Source: an uncultured Actinomycetota bacterium
GTDB taxonomy: Bacteria > Actinomycetota > Actinomycetes > JAHEKZ01
Length of the DNA stretch: 64,000 nucleotides
Assembly (NCBI GenBank): GCA_963829525.1
Contig: CAWHIJ010000003.1
Location: forward strand, 1,280,001 to 1,344,000
Direction of reading: 5' to 3'
The position numbers were made by a program, and so were the translations under genes. This document shows positions 11,034 to 23,163 of this stretch, piece by piece (the first letter of the stretch is position 1; each line of letters begins with the position of its first letter). The notes under the pieces are model-generated. The model worked only from the letters and a program-made list of their open reading frames with translations. It was not told the DNA's origin and did not search any database.

Positions 11034-11838
11034 CGTCCCAGGTGCGTCGATCCACTACGAGCAGTTCGGCGAGGGTCATGACATCGTCTGGGTGGCCGGC
11101 GGGGGCAGCCTTGGTAGCGATTGGCACAAGTACCAGATCCCGTTCTTCGAACCGCACTTCCGCAACACCACCTTCGACAACCGCGGGATCGGGCAGACAA
11201 CCTGCGACGAACCGATGCCGTGGCCGCTCGAGAAGTTCAGCGCCGACACGATCTCGCTGATCGAGTCGGTGTGCGAGCCACCAGTGTCGTTGGTCGGTAT
11301 TTCATTCGGCAGCGCGATTGCTCAGCAGGTCGCGATCGACCGACCCGACCTAGTTCGATCGGCCGTCGTGATGGGAACTGGCTCTCGCAGCATCGGTTGG
11401 GGTTGGGACTTCCAGGAGGCAGAGATCGAGCTGCGCAGGGCAGGTGGGCGACTCGATGGCATGTTCGCCGTCACCCACTACGCCGCGATGCTCTACCCGG
11501 CCAAGGTGCTCGGCGACCGCGAGCTCTGGCCCAAGCTTCGGGCTGATCTCGTGGATTGGCTCTCCGAGGAATCGAACGAAGAGTCGCTGATCCCGCAGTG
11601 GGAGTCGTGTCTGCTGTACGACCAGACCGAGCAACTGCCCGGATGCAGGGTTCCGATGCACGTAGTGGCCTTCGCTGAGGATGTTCAAGCCCCACCGCAG
11701 GACGGTCAAGAGCTCGCTGAGCAGGCCGGCAACGGCACCTACCACGAGTTCGCCGAGATGGGTCACGGCTCGATCTATGGACACACCCACGACGTTTTGA
11801 ACCCCTGGATCAAGGCCACGATCGAGCAACACCTCTAG
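11020..11838 (+). CDS. Alpha/beta-fold hydrolase
   Basis: FDNRGIG, nucleophile elbow GISFG, C-terminal GH; GAGGAG RBS before ATG 11020. Confidence 0.85.
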   Translation: MTRCDVPGASIHYEQFGEGHDIVWVAGGGSLGSDWHKYQIPFFEPHFRNTTFDNRGIGQTTCDEPMPWPLEKFSADTISLIESVCEPPVSLVGISFGSAIAQQVAIDRPDLVRSAVVMGTGSRSIGWGWDFQEAEIELRRAGGRLDGMFAVTHYAAMLYPAKVLGDRELWPKLRADLVDWLSEESNEESLIPQWESCLLYDQTEQLPGCRVPMHVVAFAEDVQAPPQDGQELAEQAGNGTYHEFAEMGHGSIYGHTHDVLNPWIKATIEQHL

Positions 11839-11853
11839 ATGGGCCCAGGGAAC

Positions 11854-11920
11854 TGGGCGAATCTGCAGAAGCGGCCCACTCTGCGACCCAGACCTAGTCA
11901 CCTCTCTGCAGATTCGGCCA
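11854..11920. repeat. 16-bp inverted repeat (15/16 match), 35-nt spacer
   Basis: TGGGCGAATCTGCAGA (11854-11869) and TCTGCAGATTCGGCCA (11905-11920). Confidence 0.7.
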
Positions 11921-11960
11921 TGGGCGGTGCGCTCGTGGCCACCGCGATCCGGCAGTACCA

Positions 11961-11987
11961 TTGGCACTCGGGCCCAAGGAGTGCCAG
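11961..11987 (+). promoter_or_regulatory. CIRCE element (HrcA operator)
   Basis: TTGGCACTC-N9-GAGTGCCAG just upstream of hrcA, overlapping a TACCAT -10-like hexamer (11956-11961). Confidence 0.9.
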
Positions 11988-12014
11988 CGCCCGTCCTCAA
12001 TGTCGGAGGTGACC

Positions 12015-13031
12015 ATGCTCGACGAGCGCAAGCTCTCGGTGCTGCGCGCCATCGTTGAGGACTACGTCTCCACACGTGAACCTGTCGGTTCGAAGGCGCT
12101 CGCCGAACGGCACGCCCTTGGCGTCTCCCCTGCCACGATCCGCAACGACATGGCGCTGCTCGAGGACGAGGGGTACATCACGCAGCCGCACACCAGCGCA
12201 GGCCGGGTCCCCACCGACACGGGTTACCGGCTCTTCGTCGACCGGCTCGCCACGATCAAGCCGCTGTCGGCGGCCGAACGTCGTGCGATCGGCACTTTCC
12301 TTGAGGGTGCCATCGACCTCGACGACATCGTGCTCCGTACAGTCCGACTGCTCGCCCAGGTCACCGGACAGGTTGCCGTCGTGCAGTATCCATCGCTGAC
12401 CCGATCGCAGGTGCGCCACGTTGAGATCGTCTCGATGAGCCCTCGACGGCTGATGGTCGTGGTGATCTCGACGACCGGCCGCGTCGAGCAGCGAGTTCTC
12501 GACATCGCGGTCGATCTAGACGAAGAGACGGTCGCCGAGCTACGCAACCGCATCAACGAGGCCGTTGACGGCAAACTCCTGTCCGAGATGCCGGACGCCG
12601 CAGCCACCGTCGCCGAGTCGATGCCGATCGAGGTGCGTCCGGCCGTTGCTGCGATTCTGGCCACGATGGTCGAGTCTTTGGCAGGTGAGGGTGAGGAGCG
12701 TGTCGTGCTCGCCGGCACGGCGAACCTGGCCCTCTTCGGCACCGACTTCCCGGGCAGCATCCAACCGGTACTCGAGGCCCTCGAAGAGCACGTCGTGCTG
12801 CTCCGACTGCTCGGCGAGGCAACTGCTCCCAGCCAGGTCAGCGTGCGAATCGGTCACGAGCTGCCCGTTGAGGGCCTGTCGTCAACATCGTTGGTCAGCT
12901 CGACTTACGGCGCAGCGGGAGTTGGCCACCTCGGCGTGATCGGGCCGACGCGCATGGACTATCCCGGAACGATTGGCGCGGTGCGCGCGGTCGCCCAGTA
13001 CGTCGGTCGCATCTTGGAGGAGTCGTCGTGA
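12015..13031 (+). CDS. hrcA: Heat-inducible transcription repressor HrcA
   Basis: [36 protein letters not shown]; GGAGG RBS. Confidence 0.97.
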   Translation: MLDERKLSVLRAIVEDYVSTREPVGSKALAERHALGVSPATIRNDMALLEDEGYITQPHTSAGRVPTDTGYRLFVDRLATIKPLSAAERRAIGTFLEGAIDLDDIVLRTVRLLAQVTGQVAVVQYPSLTRSQVRHVEIVSMSPRRLMVVVISTTGRVEQRVLDIAVDLDEETVAELRNRINEAVDGKLLSEMPDAAATVAESMPIEVRPAVAAILATMVESLAGEGEERVVLAGTANLALFGTDFPGSIQPVLEALEEHVVLLRLLGEATAPSQVSVRIGHELPVEGLSSTSLVSSTYGAAGVGHLGVIGPTRMDYPGTIGAVRAVAQYVGRILEESS

Positions 13032-14131
13032 GCGACCACTACGCCACCCTCGGGGTCACGCGTGAGTCGTCCCAGGACGAGATCAAGCGGGCCTATCGCA
13101 AGCTGGCCCGTGAGCTGCACCCCGATGTCAACCCAGGCTCTGAGGAGCGGTTCAAAGAGGTTGCCAACGCCTACGAGGTTCTCTCAGATCCGCAGAAGCG
13201 GCAGCGGTATGACCTCGGCATGGATGGCGCCGCGTTCAGCGGGGCGCAGGGATACGGCTTTGGCGACATCATGGACGCGTTCTTTGGCCAGTCCAGCCCG
13301 CGCGGTCCTCGTCCGCGCCGAGCGCGTGGTCAGGATGCGCTGATCCAGATCGACCTCGAGCTTGCCGACGCCGCCTTTGGTGCCAGCCGAGAGCTCACCC
13401 TCGACACGGCGATCGCGTGCGCCACCTGTAACGGGGCGGGGACAGCAGCAGGCACCGAACCTGTCACCTGTGACATGTGTGGTGGGCGCGGCGACATCCA
13501 GCATGTCCAGCGGTCGTTCCTCGGCCAGGTCATGACGTCGCGACCCTGTCCGCAGTGCCACGGCTTCGGCATCACCATCCCTCACCCCTGCCCCGAGTGC
13601 TCGGGCGACGGTCGAGTCCAGACGCGCAGGACGCTGACCGTCAAGATCCCACCCGGTGTTGACACCGGAACCCGAATCCAGCTGAGGGGTGAGGGCGAGG
13701 TCGGGTTTGGTGGCGGTGAACCCGGCGACCTCTACCTCGAGGTGCTCGTCCTCGACCACCCGCTCTTCGCTCGCCGCGGCGACGACTTGCACTGCACGTT
13801 GAACATCCCGATGACTGCCGCTGCGCTCGGTGCCAGCATTCCGTTCGAGCTGCTTGACGGGGTCACCACGGAGGTCGACATCCGCCCCGGCACCCAGTCC
13901 GGCCAGCAGATCCCACTACTCGGTCAGGGCGTTCCGCAGCTGCGCGGCGGGGCGCGCGGCGACGTCATCGTGCATGTGTCGGTCGAGACGCCCTCGCAGC
14001 TCGATGACCGACAGCGCGAGCTGCTGACCGAGCTCGCCAGCCTCCGTGGCGAGGAGAAGCCGGCCGGGCAGTTCGCGGCAGGGCAGCAGGGCTTCTTCTC
14101 CCGGCTCAAGGATGCGTTCAACGGCAGGTGA
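13028..14131 (+). CDS. dnaJ: Chaperone DnaJ (DnaJ2)
   Basis: J-domain HPD; four CxxCxGxG repeats. Confidence 0.96.
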   Translation: MSDHYATLGVTRESSQDEIKRAYRKLARELHPDVNPGSEERFKEVANAYEVLSDPQKRQRYDLGMDGAAFSGAQGYGFGDIMDAFFGQSSPRGPRPRRARGQDALIQIDLELADAAFGASRELTLDTAIACATCNGAGTAAGTEPVTCDMCGGRGDIQHVQRSFLGQVMTSRPCPQCHGFGITIPHPCPECSGDGRVQTRRTLTVKIPPGVDTGTRIQLRGEGEVGFGGGEPGDLYLEVLVLDHPLFARRGDDLHCTLNIPMTAAALGASIPFELLDGVTTEVDIRPGTQSGQQIPLLGQGVPQLRGGARGDVIVHVSVETPSQLDDRQRELLTELASLRGEEKPAGQFAAGQQGFFSRLKDAFNGR

Positions 14132-14919
14132 GCCGCCCCGTCTTCTTCCTCAGCTCGGCCGGAGACCTGGCGGCCGGTGCTTCGTGCCTGCTCGACGGGG
14201 CTGAGGGTCACCACGCAACGGTCGTCCGACGCGTTCGCGTGGGTGAGCAGGTGGTACTCACCGACGGCCGCGGTACCGCTCTGGATGCTGACGTGACATC
14301 AGTGGGGCGCGGTGACGCCGTGTGTCTGGTGCGCGTGACCCGATCTGTACCTCAGTCGCCGCTGTGGGTCACCGTCGTCCAGGCCATCCCCAAGGGTGAC
14401 CGAGGCGAGCTCGCCGTCGATCTGCTGACCGAAGTCGGCGTCGACGAGATCGTCCCCTGGCAGGCCGAACGCTGTGTCAGCCGGTGGAGGGGCGAGAAGG
14501 TTGACCGAGGCCGAGCGAAGTGGGACGCCGTCGCGCGTGAGGCGGCCAAGCAGTCCCGGCGCGTCTGGTGGCCCGTGGTGTCGCCGGTCGCGAACGGGAC
14601 TGCGGTCGCTGAGCTGATCGGTGCTGCTGATGCGGCCTGGGTGCTGCACGAGGCGGCGACCGTGCCGTTGACCACGCTGCTGGCTACCGGAGCGCAGCCC
14701 GAGTCTGGACGGGTGGTCCTGGTAGTTGGACCAGAGGGTGGAGTGAGCGATACCGAGCTGGACGTCTTCGAGGGTGCTGGTGCCGCTGCCGTCCGGCTGG
14801 GACCGTCGGTGCTTCGTACCTCGACCGCAGGCGTGGTGGCCGCCACGCTGGTGCTGGCCGGCACTGGGGCGTGGGATCGTAGTCTCGATCATCGACTGGA
14901 GGGGAGCACTGATGACTGA
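14128..14919 (+). CDS. rsmE: 16S rRNA m3U1498 methyltransferase
   Basis: HHATVVRR, EAAKQSRR, VGPEGG, LGPSVLRTSTAG. Confidence 0.93.
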   Translation: MSRPVFFLSSAGDLAAGASCLLDGAEGHHATVVRRVRVGEQVVLTDGRGTALDADVTSVGRGDAVCLVRVTRSVPQSPLWVTVVQAIPKGDRGELAVDLLTEVGVDEIVPWQAERCVSRWRGEKVDRGRAKWDAVAREAAKQSRRVWWPVVSPVANGTAVAELIGAADAAWVLHEAATVPLTTLLATGAQPESGRVVLVVGPEGGVSDTELDVFEGAGAAAVRLGPSVLRTSTAGVVAATLVLAGTGAWDRSLDHRLEGSTDD

Positions 14920-15259
14920 GGTCGCTGACTGCCTGTTCTGCCGGATCGTGTCCGGCGAGATCCCCGCTGACGTCGTGCGGACCACCGACGACACCGTTGC
15001 CTTCCGCGATGTCGCCCCGCAAGCGCCCGCTCATGTTCTGGTTATCCCGCGGCGGCACTACCAAGACATCGCCGCACTCGCCTCCACCGACCCCGCTCTG
15101 GCCGGTCGTTTCATGGCTGACGCGGCGCAGGTGGCATCGCACCTGGGGTTGATGGAGTTCCGGCTGGTGCTCAACACCGGAGCCACAGCGGGCCAGTCGG
15201 TCTTCCACGTACACGCTCATGTCATGGCCGGGCGCGACTTCGGCTGGCCCCCCGGATAG
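14912..15259 (+). CDS. HIT (histidine triad) family nucleotide-binding protein
   Basis: DCLFCRIV, GQSVFHVHAHV, GWPPG. Confidence 0.92.
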   Translation: MTEVADCLFCRIVSGEIPADVVRTTDDTVAFRDVAPQAPAHVLVIPRRHYQDIAALASTDPALAGRFMADAAQVASHLGLMEFRLVLNTGATAGQSVFHVHAHVMAGRDFGWPPG

Positions 15260-15338
15260 CAGGACGCCCTAGCATGTATACCCAGACCGACGACCGCCCC
15301 GAGACCGAAAGGTGGCGCCCTCCTATCAGGGGGCACCC

Positions 15339-16346
15339 ATGACAGACAACGCCCCGATCGAGCACCGAGTCGTGGTGCCGACCAGCCTCGACATGGTTTC
15401 GCTGCTCGGCTCGGGTGACGCGCTCCTGCGTGAGGTTGAGCGGCTCTTCCCTGATGTCGACATCCACGTTCGCGGCAACGAGATGCGTTTGACCGGGTCA
15501 TCGGGTGAGGTCGGGCTCGTCGAGCGTCTCGTTGACGAGATGGTCGCGGTTCTGCGTACTGGTCAAAGCCTGACGGTCGAGGCAGTTGGCCGATCGGTCT
15601 CGATGCTCCGCGATCGTGAGGTGGAGAGTCCCGCGGACGTTCTGACGTACAACATATTGAGCAACCGCGGCAAGACCATCACCGCCAGAACGCTCAACCA
15701 GAAGCGCTATGTCGACGCCATCGACAAGAACACGATCGTTTTTGCGATCGGCCCGGCTGGAACCGGCAAGACCTACCTCGCAGTCGCCAAGGCAGTGCAA
15801 GCGCTGCAGGCGAAGCAGATCACCCGGATCATCTTGACCCGCCCAGCCGTAGAGGCAGGGGAGCGGCTCGGCTTCTTGCCGGGGACGCTCTCGGAGAAGA
15901 TCGACCCATACCTTCGGCCGCTCTATGACGCGTTGCACGACATGATGGAGCCGGCCACGATTCCACGGTTGATGACTGAGGGGACGATCGAGGTAGCCCC
16001 GTTGGCGTACATGCGTGGCCGCACTCTCAACGATGCCTTCATCATCCTCGACGAAGCGCAGAACACCTCTCCGGAACAGATGAAGATGTTCCTGACGCGG
16101 CTGGGCTTCGGATCGAGGATGGTCGTTACCGGCGACGTCACCCAAATCGACTTGCCGGGCGGAACGGCCAGTGGATTGAAGGTCGTTAAGGGGATTCTGG
16201 AAGGGATCAACGACGTCCACTTCACCCAACTGACGTCCCGCGACGTGGTGCGGCACCGTTTGGTCAGCGACATCGTTGACGCCTACTCGCGTTTCGACGA
16301 AGGGCAAACTGAACCACATCATCGGCGCCCACGAGGTGCTCGATGA
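15339..16346 (+). CDS. phoH: PhoH-family ATPase
   Basis: GPAGTGKTYLA, RPAVEAGERLGFLPG, AYMRGRTL, LDEAQN. Confidence 0.94.
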   Translation: MTDNAPIEHRVVVPTSLDMVSLLGSGDALLREVERLFPDVDIHVRGNEMRLTGSSGEVGLVERLVDEMVAVLRTGQSLTVEAVGRSVSMLRDREVESPADVLTYNILSNRGKTITARTLNQKRYVDAIDKNTIVFAIGPAGTGKTYLAVAKAVQALQAKQITRIILTRPAVEAGERLGFLPGTLSEKIDPYLRPLYDALHDMMEPATIPRLMTEGTIEVAPLAYMRGRTLNDAFIILDEAQNTSPEQMKMFLTRLGFGSRMVVTGDVTQIDLPGGTASGLKVVKGILEGINDVHFTQLTSRDVVRHRLVSDIVDAYSRFDEGQTEPHHRRPRGAR

Positions 16347-16801
16347 GCGTCGCGATCAACAACGAGTCCGGTGTCGAGGTCGATGAGCTCGGGTTGGTCA
16401 AGCTGGCGCAGTTCGTGTTGGCCGAAATGGGCGTTCACCCGTTGGCCGAGTTGTCGGTGATGCTTGTCGACGAGCCAGCCATGGCTGGACTGTACGAGCA
16501 GTTCATGGGTGAGCCCGGACCTACTGATGTCCTCGCTTTCCCTATGGACGACCTGCGACCTGTCGGCGATGACGAGTCTGACGAGACTGAGCTGCTGGGT
16601 GACGTGGTGCTCTGCCCAGCAATCGCCGAGATGCAAGCGCGCGACGCCGGTCATGACATTGCAGCAGAGCTCCGGCTGCTCTGTACGCACGGCATCTTGC
16701 ACCTCCTCGGGTATGACCATCACGACCCGGACGAGGAGCGCGAGATGTTTGGGCTTCAGGCGAAGCTGCTCGGCTCCTGGGCGACACCGGATCTCCTGTG
16801 A
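16343..16801 (+). CDS. ybeY: rRNA maturation endoribonuclease YbeY
   Basis: PTDVLAFP, HGILHLLGYDH. Confidence 0.95.
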   Translation: MSVAINNESGVEVDELGLVKLAQFVLAEMGVHPLAELSVMLVDEPAMAGLYEQFMGEPGPTDVLAFPMDDLRPVGDDESDETELLGDVVLCPAIAEMQARDAGHDIAAELRLLCTHGILHLLGYDHHDPDEEREMFGLQAKLLGSWATPDLL

Positions 16802-18114
16802 CTGGCTCCGACATCTGGTTGCTCGTTGCCGCTGCCGCGCTCACGGCGGCCGCGGGTGTGCTGTCAGCCGCAGATGCGGCCATCAACCGGGTTTCGAGGG
16901 TGAGCCTGGATGCCTACGAGCGTCAGGGCCGACGCGGAGTTGAGGCATTGCGCCAGGTCCTCGCCGACCCAGCACGCTACGTCAATGTCGCGCTCTTCCT
17001 GCGTGCGCTGGCTCGAATCTCGGCTGTGGTGCTGGTCGCCGTGGTGGCCCTGGACGTCTTCGCCAGCCGGTGGGAGGCGGTGTTGGTTTCGGTCAGCGTG
17101 ATGGTCGTTGTCGACTACGTCGCCGTGGGGGTTGCCCCCCGCACGCTTGGCAGGCAGCATGCGGCGCGAATCGCTCTGGTGACCGCCCCTGTCGTGTACC
17201 GACTGGCCACCGTCCTAGCACCGCTCACCAAGTTGCTGATCCTGATCGGAAACGCACTGACACCTGGAAAGGGATTCCGGGACGGGCCGTTCGCCAGTGA
17301 GGCCGAGCTGCGCGACCTGGTCGACCTCGCCGAGGAGCGCTCGCTGATCGAGGATGACGAGCGCCAGATGATCCACTCGGTCTTCGAGCTCGGACAGACG
17401 CTCGCTCGTGAGGTGATGGTTCCGCGCACCGACATTGTGTTTGTAGAACGTCACAAAACACTGCGGCAGGCGCTGTCGCTAGGCCTGCGCAGTGGGTTCA
17501 GCCGCATCCCTGTCATTGGTGACAACGAGGACGATGTAGTGGGCATCGTCTATCTCAAGGATGTGACAAAGCGCGCGTTCGACCACCGCGATTCCGAGTC
17601 GACGGAGAAGGTCGAGTCAGTGATGCGTATCCCCTTCTTTGTTCCCGACAGTCGCGCCGCAGATGAGCTTCTCAAGGACATGCAGGCACGCCGCACCCAT
17701 ATCGCCGTGGTGATGGACGAGTACGGCGGTGTAGCCGGCCTGGTCACGATCGAGGATATTCTCGAGGAAATCGTCGGTGAGATTGCCGACGAGTATGACG
17801 TCGAGGAGCCGCCGGCAATCGAGCATCTGCCGGACGGTTCGCTGCGGGTGAGCGCTCGTCTGCACGTCGACGAGCTTGCCGAGGTTCTCGATCTCGATGT
17901 CGACGCCGAGGACTTCGAGGACGTCGATACGGTTGGCGGGATGCTGGCGAAGTTCCTTGGGAAGGTGCCGATACCCGGCGCCTCAGTCGAGGCCGCGGGC
18001 CTGAAGCTCAGTGCGGAGTCTGCGACGGGTCGTCGCAACCAGGTCGGAACCGTTCTGGTGTCGCGGCTTCCAGGGCGCACAGCCGCTGACGGCGAGGAGA
18101 GCAACGATGGGTGA
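16798..18114 (+). CDS. Hemolysin-family CNNM/CBS/CorC protein
   Basis: N-terminal TM region, REVMVPRTD, GFSRIPV, DEYGGVAGLVTIEDILEEIVGEI, DTVGG. Confidence 0.92.
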   Translation: MTGSDIWLLVAAAALTAAAGVLSAADAAINRVSRVSLDAYERQGRRGVEALRQVLADPARYVNVALFLRALARISAVVLVAVVALDVFASRWEAVLVSVSVMVVVDYVAVGVAPRTLGRQHAARIALVTAPVVYRLATVLAPLTKLLILIGNALTPGKGFRDGPFASEAELRDLVDLAEERSLIEDDERQMIHSVFELGQTLAREVMVPRTDIVFVERHKTLRQALSLGLRSGFSRIPVIGDNEDDVVGIVYLKDVTKRAFDHRDSESTEKVESVMRIPFFVPDSRAADELLKDMQARRTHIAVVMDEYGGVAGLVTIEDILEEIVGEIADEYDVEEPPAIEHLPDGSLRVSARLHVDELAEVLDLDVDAEDFEDVDTVGGMLAKFLGKVPIPGASVEAAGLKLSAESATGRRNQVGTVLVSRLPGRTAADGEESNDG

Positions 18115-18466
18115 AGAGCCAAAACCAACTGCGTTGAGCGCTGAGGACAACAAACTCGTCACTCTGGCCAGAGGTGCCAGAGGTCGGGTGTCAGCGCCAG
18201 AAGGTGCTGCTGTGCGAGATGAGACCGGTCGCACTTACGCGTCAGCATCGGTCAGTCTCTTCTCCTTGCATCTGTCGGCCTTGCAGGCGGCGGTGGCCCA
18301 GGCCGCAGCGTCCGGCGCGCATGGAGTTGAGGCAGCGGTTCTCGTCGTCGACCACGGCGTCGCGGACGCCGAAGGTATCTCGGCTGTGCGCGACCTGGGG
18401 GGAGTAGGGGTGCCCGTCCATGTTGTGGACGCAGCCGGGACCCTCACCAGCAGCACACGCACCTAG
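18107..18466 (+). CDS. Cytidine deaminase-like protein lacking Zn ligands
   Basis: KLVTLARGAR...GAAVRDETGRTY resembles a CDA N-terminus; sits between the hemolysin gene and era; no Cys. Confidence 0.75.
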   Translation: MGEEPKPTALSAEDNKLVTLARGARGRVSAPEGAAVRDETGRTYASASVSLFSLHLSALQAAVAQAAASGAHGVEAAVLVVDHGVADAEGISAVRDLGGVGVPVHVVDAAGTLTSSTRT

Positions 18467-18515
18467 GCCCGCCGTGCACGTCAGGTTGACGCGCCAGCTC
18501 GTCGAGATTGGATGG

Positions 18516-19001
18516 TTAGAGTGCGCGGTACATCACACGCAGGTCAACGAGCCCCAGGTGTGGATGGTCGAACGCCTCAGGGACTGTCCCGATCACCTCG
18601 AACCCCAGTGACTTCCACAGCGCCAATGCTCCGGTGTTCGTCGCAACGACTGCATTGAACTGCATTCCGAGATAGCCGGAGTCTCTCGCCCATCCCACGA
18701 TGTATTCGCCAAGAGCGCGGCCGAGTCCGCGACCCTGGTGGTCGGGGTCGACCATGAAGCTGGCTGTTGCCACGTGCGCACCGCGGCCCGGACGGTTAGG
18801 CCCGACCTTCGCTGTTCCAACAAGTTCGCCATCGAGCTCGGCCACGACAACGTGCCAAGGTGCCCGCTCAAGCCAGAGTTCCTGCATCTCGTCCGACGAT
18901 GGTGTTGGCCTCCAGGCGTACGTCTCACCGGCGTCCACAACGGCTTTGACGAAGGGCCAGAGTGTCGGCCAGTCAGCTGCCGATGCCGGGCGGATTTGCA
19001 C
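18516..19001 (-). CDS. GNAT acetyltransferase
   Basis: FMVDPDHQGRGLGRAL, MQFNAVVATN, LWKSLGF. Confidence 0.9.
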   Translation of the reverse strand: MQIRPASAADWPTLWPFVKAVVDAGETYAWRPTPSSDEMQELWLERAPWHVVVAELDGELVGTAKVGPNRPGRGAHVATASFMVDPDHQGRGLGRALGEYIVGWARDSGYLGMQFNAVVATNTGALALWKSLGFEVIGTVPEAFDHPHLGLVDLRVMYRAL

Positions 19002-19077
19002 GACCTCAGCCTAAGACTTCGCAAGTGCCAACCAGGGGGACACTCGGCGGGATTGGGTGCTCTGACAGGATCACCGC

Positions 19078-19995
19078 GTGGCGTACAGGTCTGGGCTGGT
19101 CTCGGTGGTCGGCCGCCCAAACACGGGTAAGTCCACCCTCGTGAATGCCCTCACCGGCGAAAAGGTCGCCATCACCTCAAGCCGGCCGCAGACCACCCGC
19201 CACGTCATCCGCGGGGTGGTGCACCGGCCCACGGGGCAGCTGGTCCTCGTCGATACCCCTGGATTGCACAAGCCGCGCACCCTGTTGGGCCAACGACTCA
19301 ATGACGAGGTACGCCACGCGTTGGCCGACGTGGACGTGGTTGCCGTGACCCTGCCTGCCAACGAGTCCATCGGACCTGGCGACCGAAGGGTCACCGCGGA
19401 AGCGGCAGCGGTGAAGCGCTCGCCCAAGGTTGCGGTCGTCACCAAGACCGATCTGGTGACACCCGACCAGTTGATGGTTCACCTCACAGCCGTCGCTGCG
19501 CTCGCTGAGCAGAATGGATTCATGTGGGACGAGATCATCCCGATCTCAGCGCAAACCGGAGAACAGGTGGAACTGCTCACCGAGCTGCTGATCGGACTCT
19601 TGCCCGAGGGTGAGGCGTTCTTCCCGTCCGACCAGGTGACGGACGAGCCGGTCGACGTGCGAGTCGCCGAGCTCATCAGGGAGGCAGCCCTGGAGGGGGT
19701 CCGCGACGAGCTACCGCACTCCATCGCGGTGGTCGTGGACGAGCTGCTGCCCAGGGAGAACCGGCCCGCCGGTCGACCGCTCACCGACATCCACGCCACG
19801 TTGTACGTGGAACGGACGAGTCAGAAGGCGATCATCATCGGTCACAAGGGCGCTCGGTTGCGGGATGTGGGCCAGACGTCACGACGTGACATCGAGGCAC
19901 TTCTGGGGGTTCCCGTCTACCTCGACCTGCACGTCAAAGTGGCCAAGGACTGGCAGCGCGACCCCAAGCAGCTGCGCAGACTCGGGTTCGACTAG
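19078..19995 (+). CDS. era: GTPase Era
   Basis: GRPNTGKST, PQTTRH, DTPG, TKTD, KH domain IIIGHKG. Confidence 0.97.
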   Translation: MAYRSGLVSVVGRPNTGKSTLVNALTGEKVAITSSRPQTTRHVIRGVVHRPTGQLVLVDTPGLHKPRTLLGQRLNDEVRHALADVDVVAVTLPANESIGPGDRRVTAEAAAVKRSPKVAVVTKTDLVTPDQLMVHLTAVAALAEQNGFMWDEIIPISAQTGEQVELLTELLIGLLPEGEAFFPSDQVTDEPVDVRVAELIREAALEGVRDELPHSIAVVVDELLPRENRPAGRPLTDIHATLYVERTSQKAIIIGHKGARLRDVGQTSRRDIEALLGVPVYLDLHVKVAKDWQRDPKQLRRLGFD

Positions 19996-19998
19996 GGG

Positions 19999-21204
19999 TC
20001 ACGTCCCCGCCGCGGTCGCCGGCTCCGACCCGGCTGGGCCGGCATCAGCTGGTGGCAGGTCGGCGTCGTGGTGGGCCATCTCGGGGATGATCTCGTAGCG
20101 GCGGCCGTAGGTCTCGACGATTGCCTGGATACTGGCCACGATGGGGATGGCTATCAGAGCCCCCATCGCTCCACCCAGTGCGGCACCGACAATGACGGCA
20201 CCGAACGCGACGGCCGGGTGGATGTTCATCGTTCGGTTGCTGATTCGTGGAGAGAAGAGGTAGTTCTCCACCTGCTGGTAGACGATCACGAAGACGATCA
20301 CCAAAACACCGTCCAGGGTGCTTCCGCTGAACGCGATGAGTGCAGGCAGCGCACCACCGAGGTAGGTGCCCAACGTCGGGATGAACTGCGACACCACCCC
20401 GGTCCAGATGCCGAGCGGCAGCCAGTAGTCGACGCCGAGGATGAAGAGGAACCCGGCAGTGAAGACGGTAGCGAGGACAGCCAGAACCAAGCGGGACACG
20501 ACGTACCCGCCGGTCTTCTCGACCGCGATCTGCCAGACGTTGTTGACCACTCGCTGACTCTCCTGCGGTAGCCAGGATGCAACGGTGTGCCGCAGCCGCG
20601 GGCCGTCTGCTGAGAAGTAGAACGCGAAGAGCAAGACGGTGAAGAGGTCGAAGACCAGACCCACGAGCGACGTGAAGAAGCCGAACAGCCCGAGTCCGAT
20701 CTGGGAGGCCCAGTCTGCGACCCGTTCCTGGGTGATCTCGAGGCTGTCGATCAGCTGACCGGCATCGACGTTGGTGTTGAAGGTGCCGTTGACCCAGTTG
20801 ACCAGAACCTCGAAGTTGTTCGGAAGTGCCTGGACCAGGCTGACCACCTGGTCGATAAAGATGGCTCCGAAGACCGCGGAGAAGGCTGCAACGGCGAGGA
20901 AGAGTCCCAGCATGACGATGCCGGTGCCAGCTCCGCGTTTGATTCCACGGTGTGACATCCACGAGACCGCTGGCTCCATGGCGATGGCGAAGAGCCACGC
21001 GAGGAGAACGAGGAAGAGAAGGTGTCGCACCCCGAAGAAGAGCCACTCGAAGACCTGGATGAAGAGGACAACGGCAATCACCGCTACGGCCACTCGCCGG
21101 AGCAGGCGCGGGTCGGAGACAGCTGCAGCTACGACACGTGCAGTGCGGCGCGCGGCCGTGTCGCTGCGGTCGGGTGCGGCCGGCGGCACGTTGGATCCAC
21201 TCAT
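19999..21204 (-). CDS. AI-2E family (PerM-like) transporter
   Basis: FIPTLGTYLG, YQQVENYLFSPRI, IHPAVAF; start set at ATG 21204, since the longer ORF-track version is antisense to leuA. Confidence 0.88.
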   Translation of the reverse strand: MSGSNVPPAAPDRSDTAARRTARVVAAAVSDPRLLRRVAVAVIAVVLFIQVFEWLFFGVRHLLFLVLLAWLFAIAMEPAVSWMSHRGIKRGAGTGIVMLGLFLAVAAFSAVFGAIFIDQVVSLVQALPNNFEVLVNWVNGTFNTNVDAGQLIDSLEITQERVADWASQIGLGLFGFFTSLVGLVFDLFTVLLFAFYFSADGPRLRHTVASWLPQESQRVVNNVWQIAVEKTGGYVVSRLVLAVLATVFTAGFLFILGVDYWLPLGIWTGVVSQFIPTLGTYLGGALPALIAFSGSTLDGVLVIVFVIVYQQVENYLFSPRISNRTMNIHPAVAFGAVIVGAALGGAMGALIAIPIVASIQAIVETYGRRYEIIPEMAHHDADLPPADAGPAGSEPATAAGT

Positions 21205-21276
21205 GGGGCGACGGTATCCGACGGCGCCAGCAGGATCAGCGATGCGCGCCGGTGACCCTGAGGTACACTGGCCCAG

Positions 21277-21305
21277 ATGCTGAACGTGCGCCTGCTTCTT
21301 CGCAG

Positions 21306-21321
<16 letters not shown>
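21277..21321 (+). CDS. leuA leader peptide MLNVRLLLRSRGEA
   Basis: 14-aa ORF with CTG CTT CTT Leu run, 7 nt after TACACT (21264-21269), upstream of leuA. Confidence 0.8.
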
Positions 21322-23154
<1,833 letters not shown>

Positions 23155-23163
23155 CTCGCGCGG

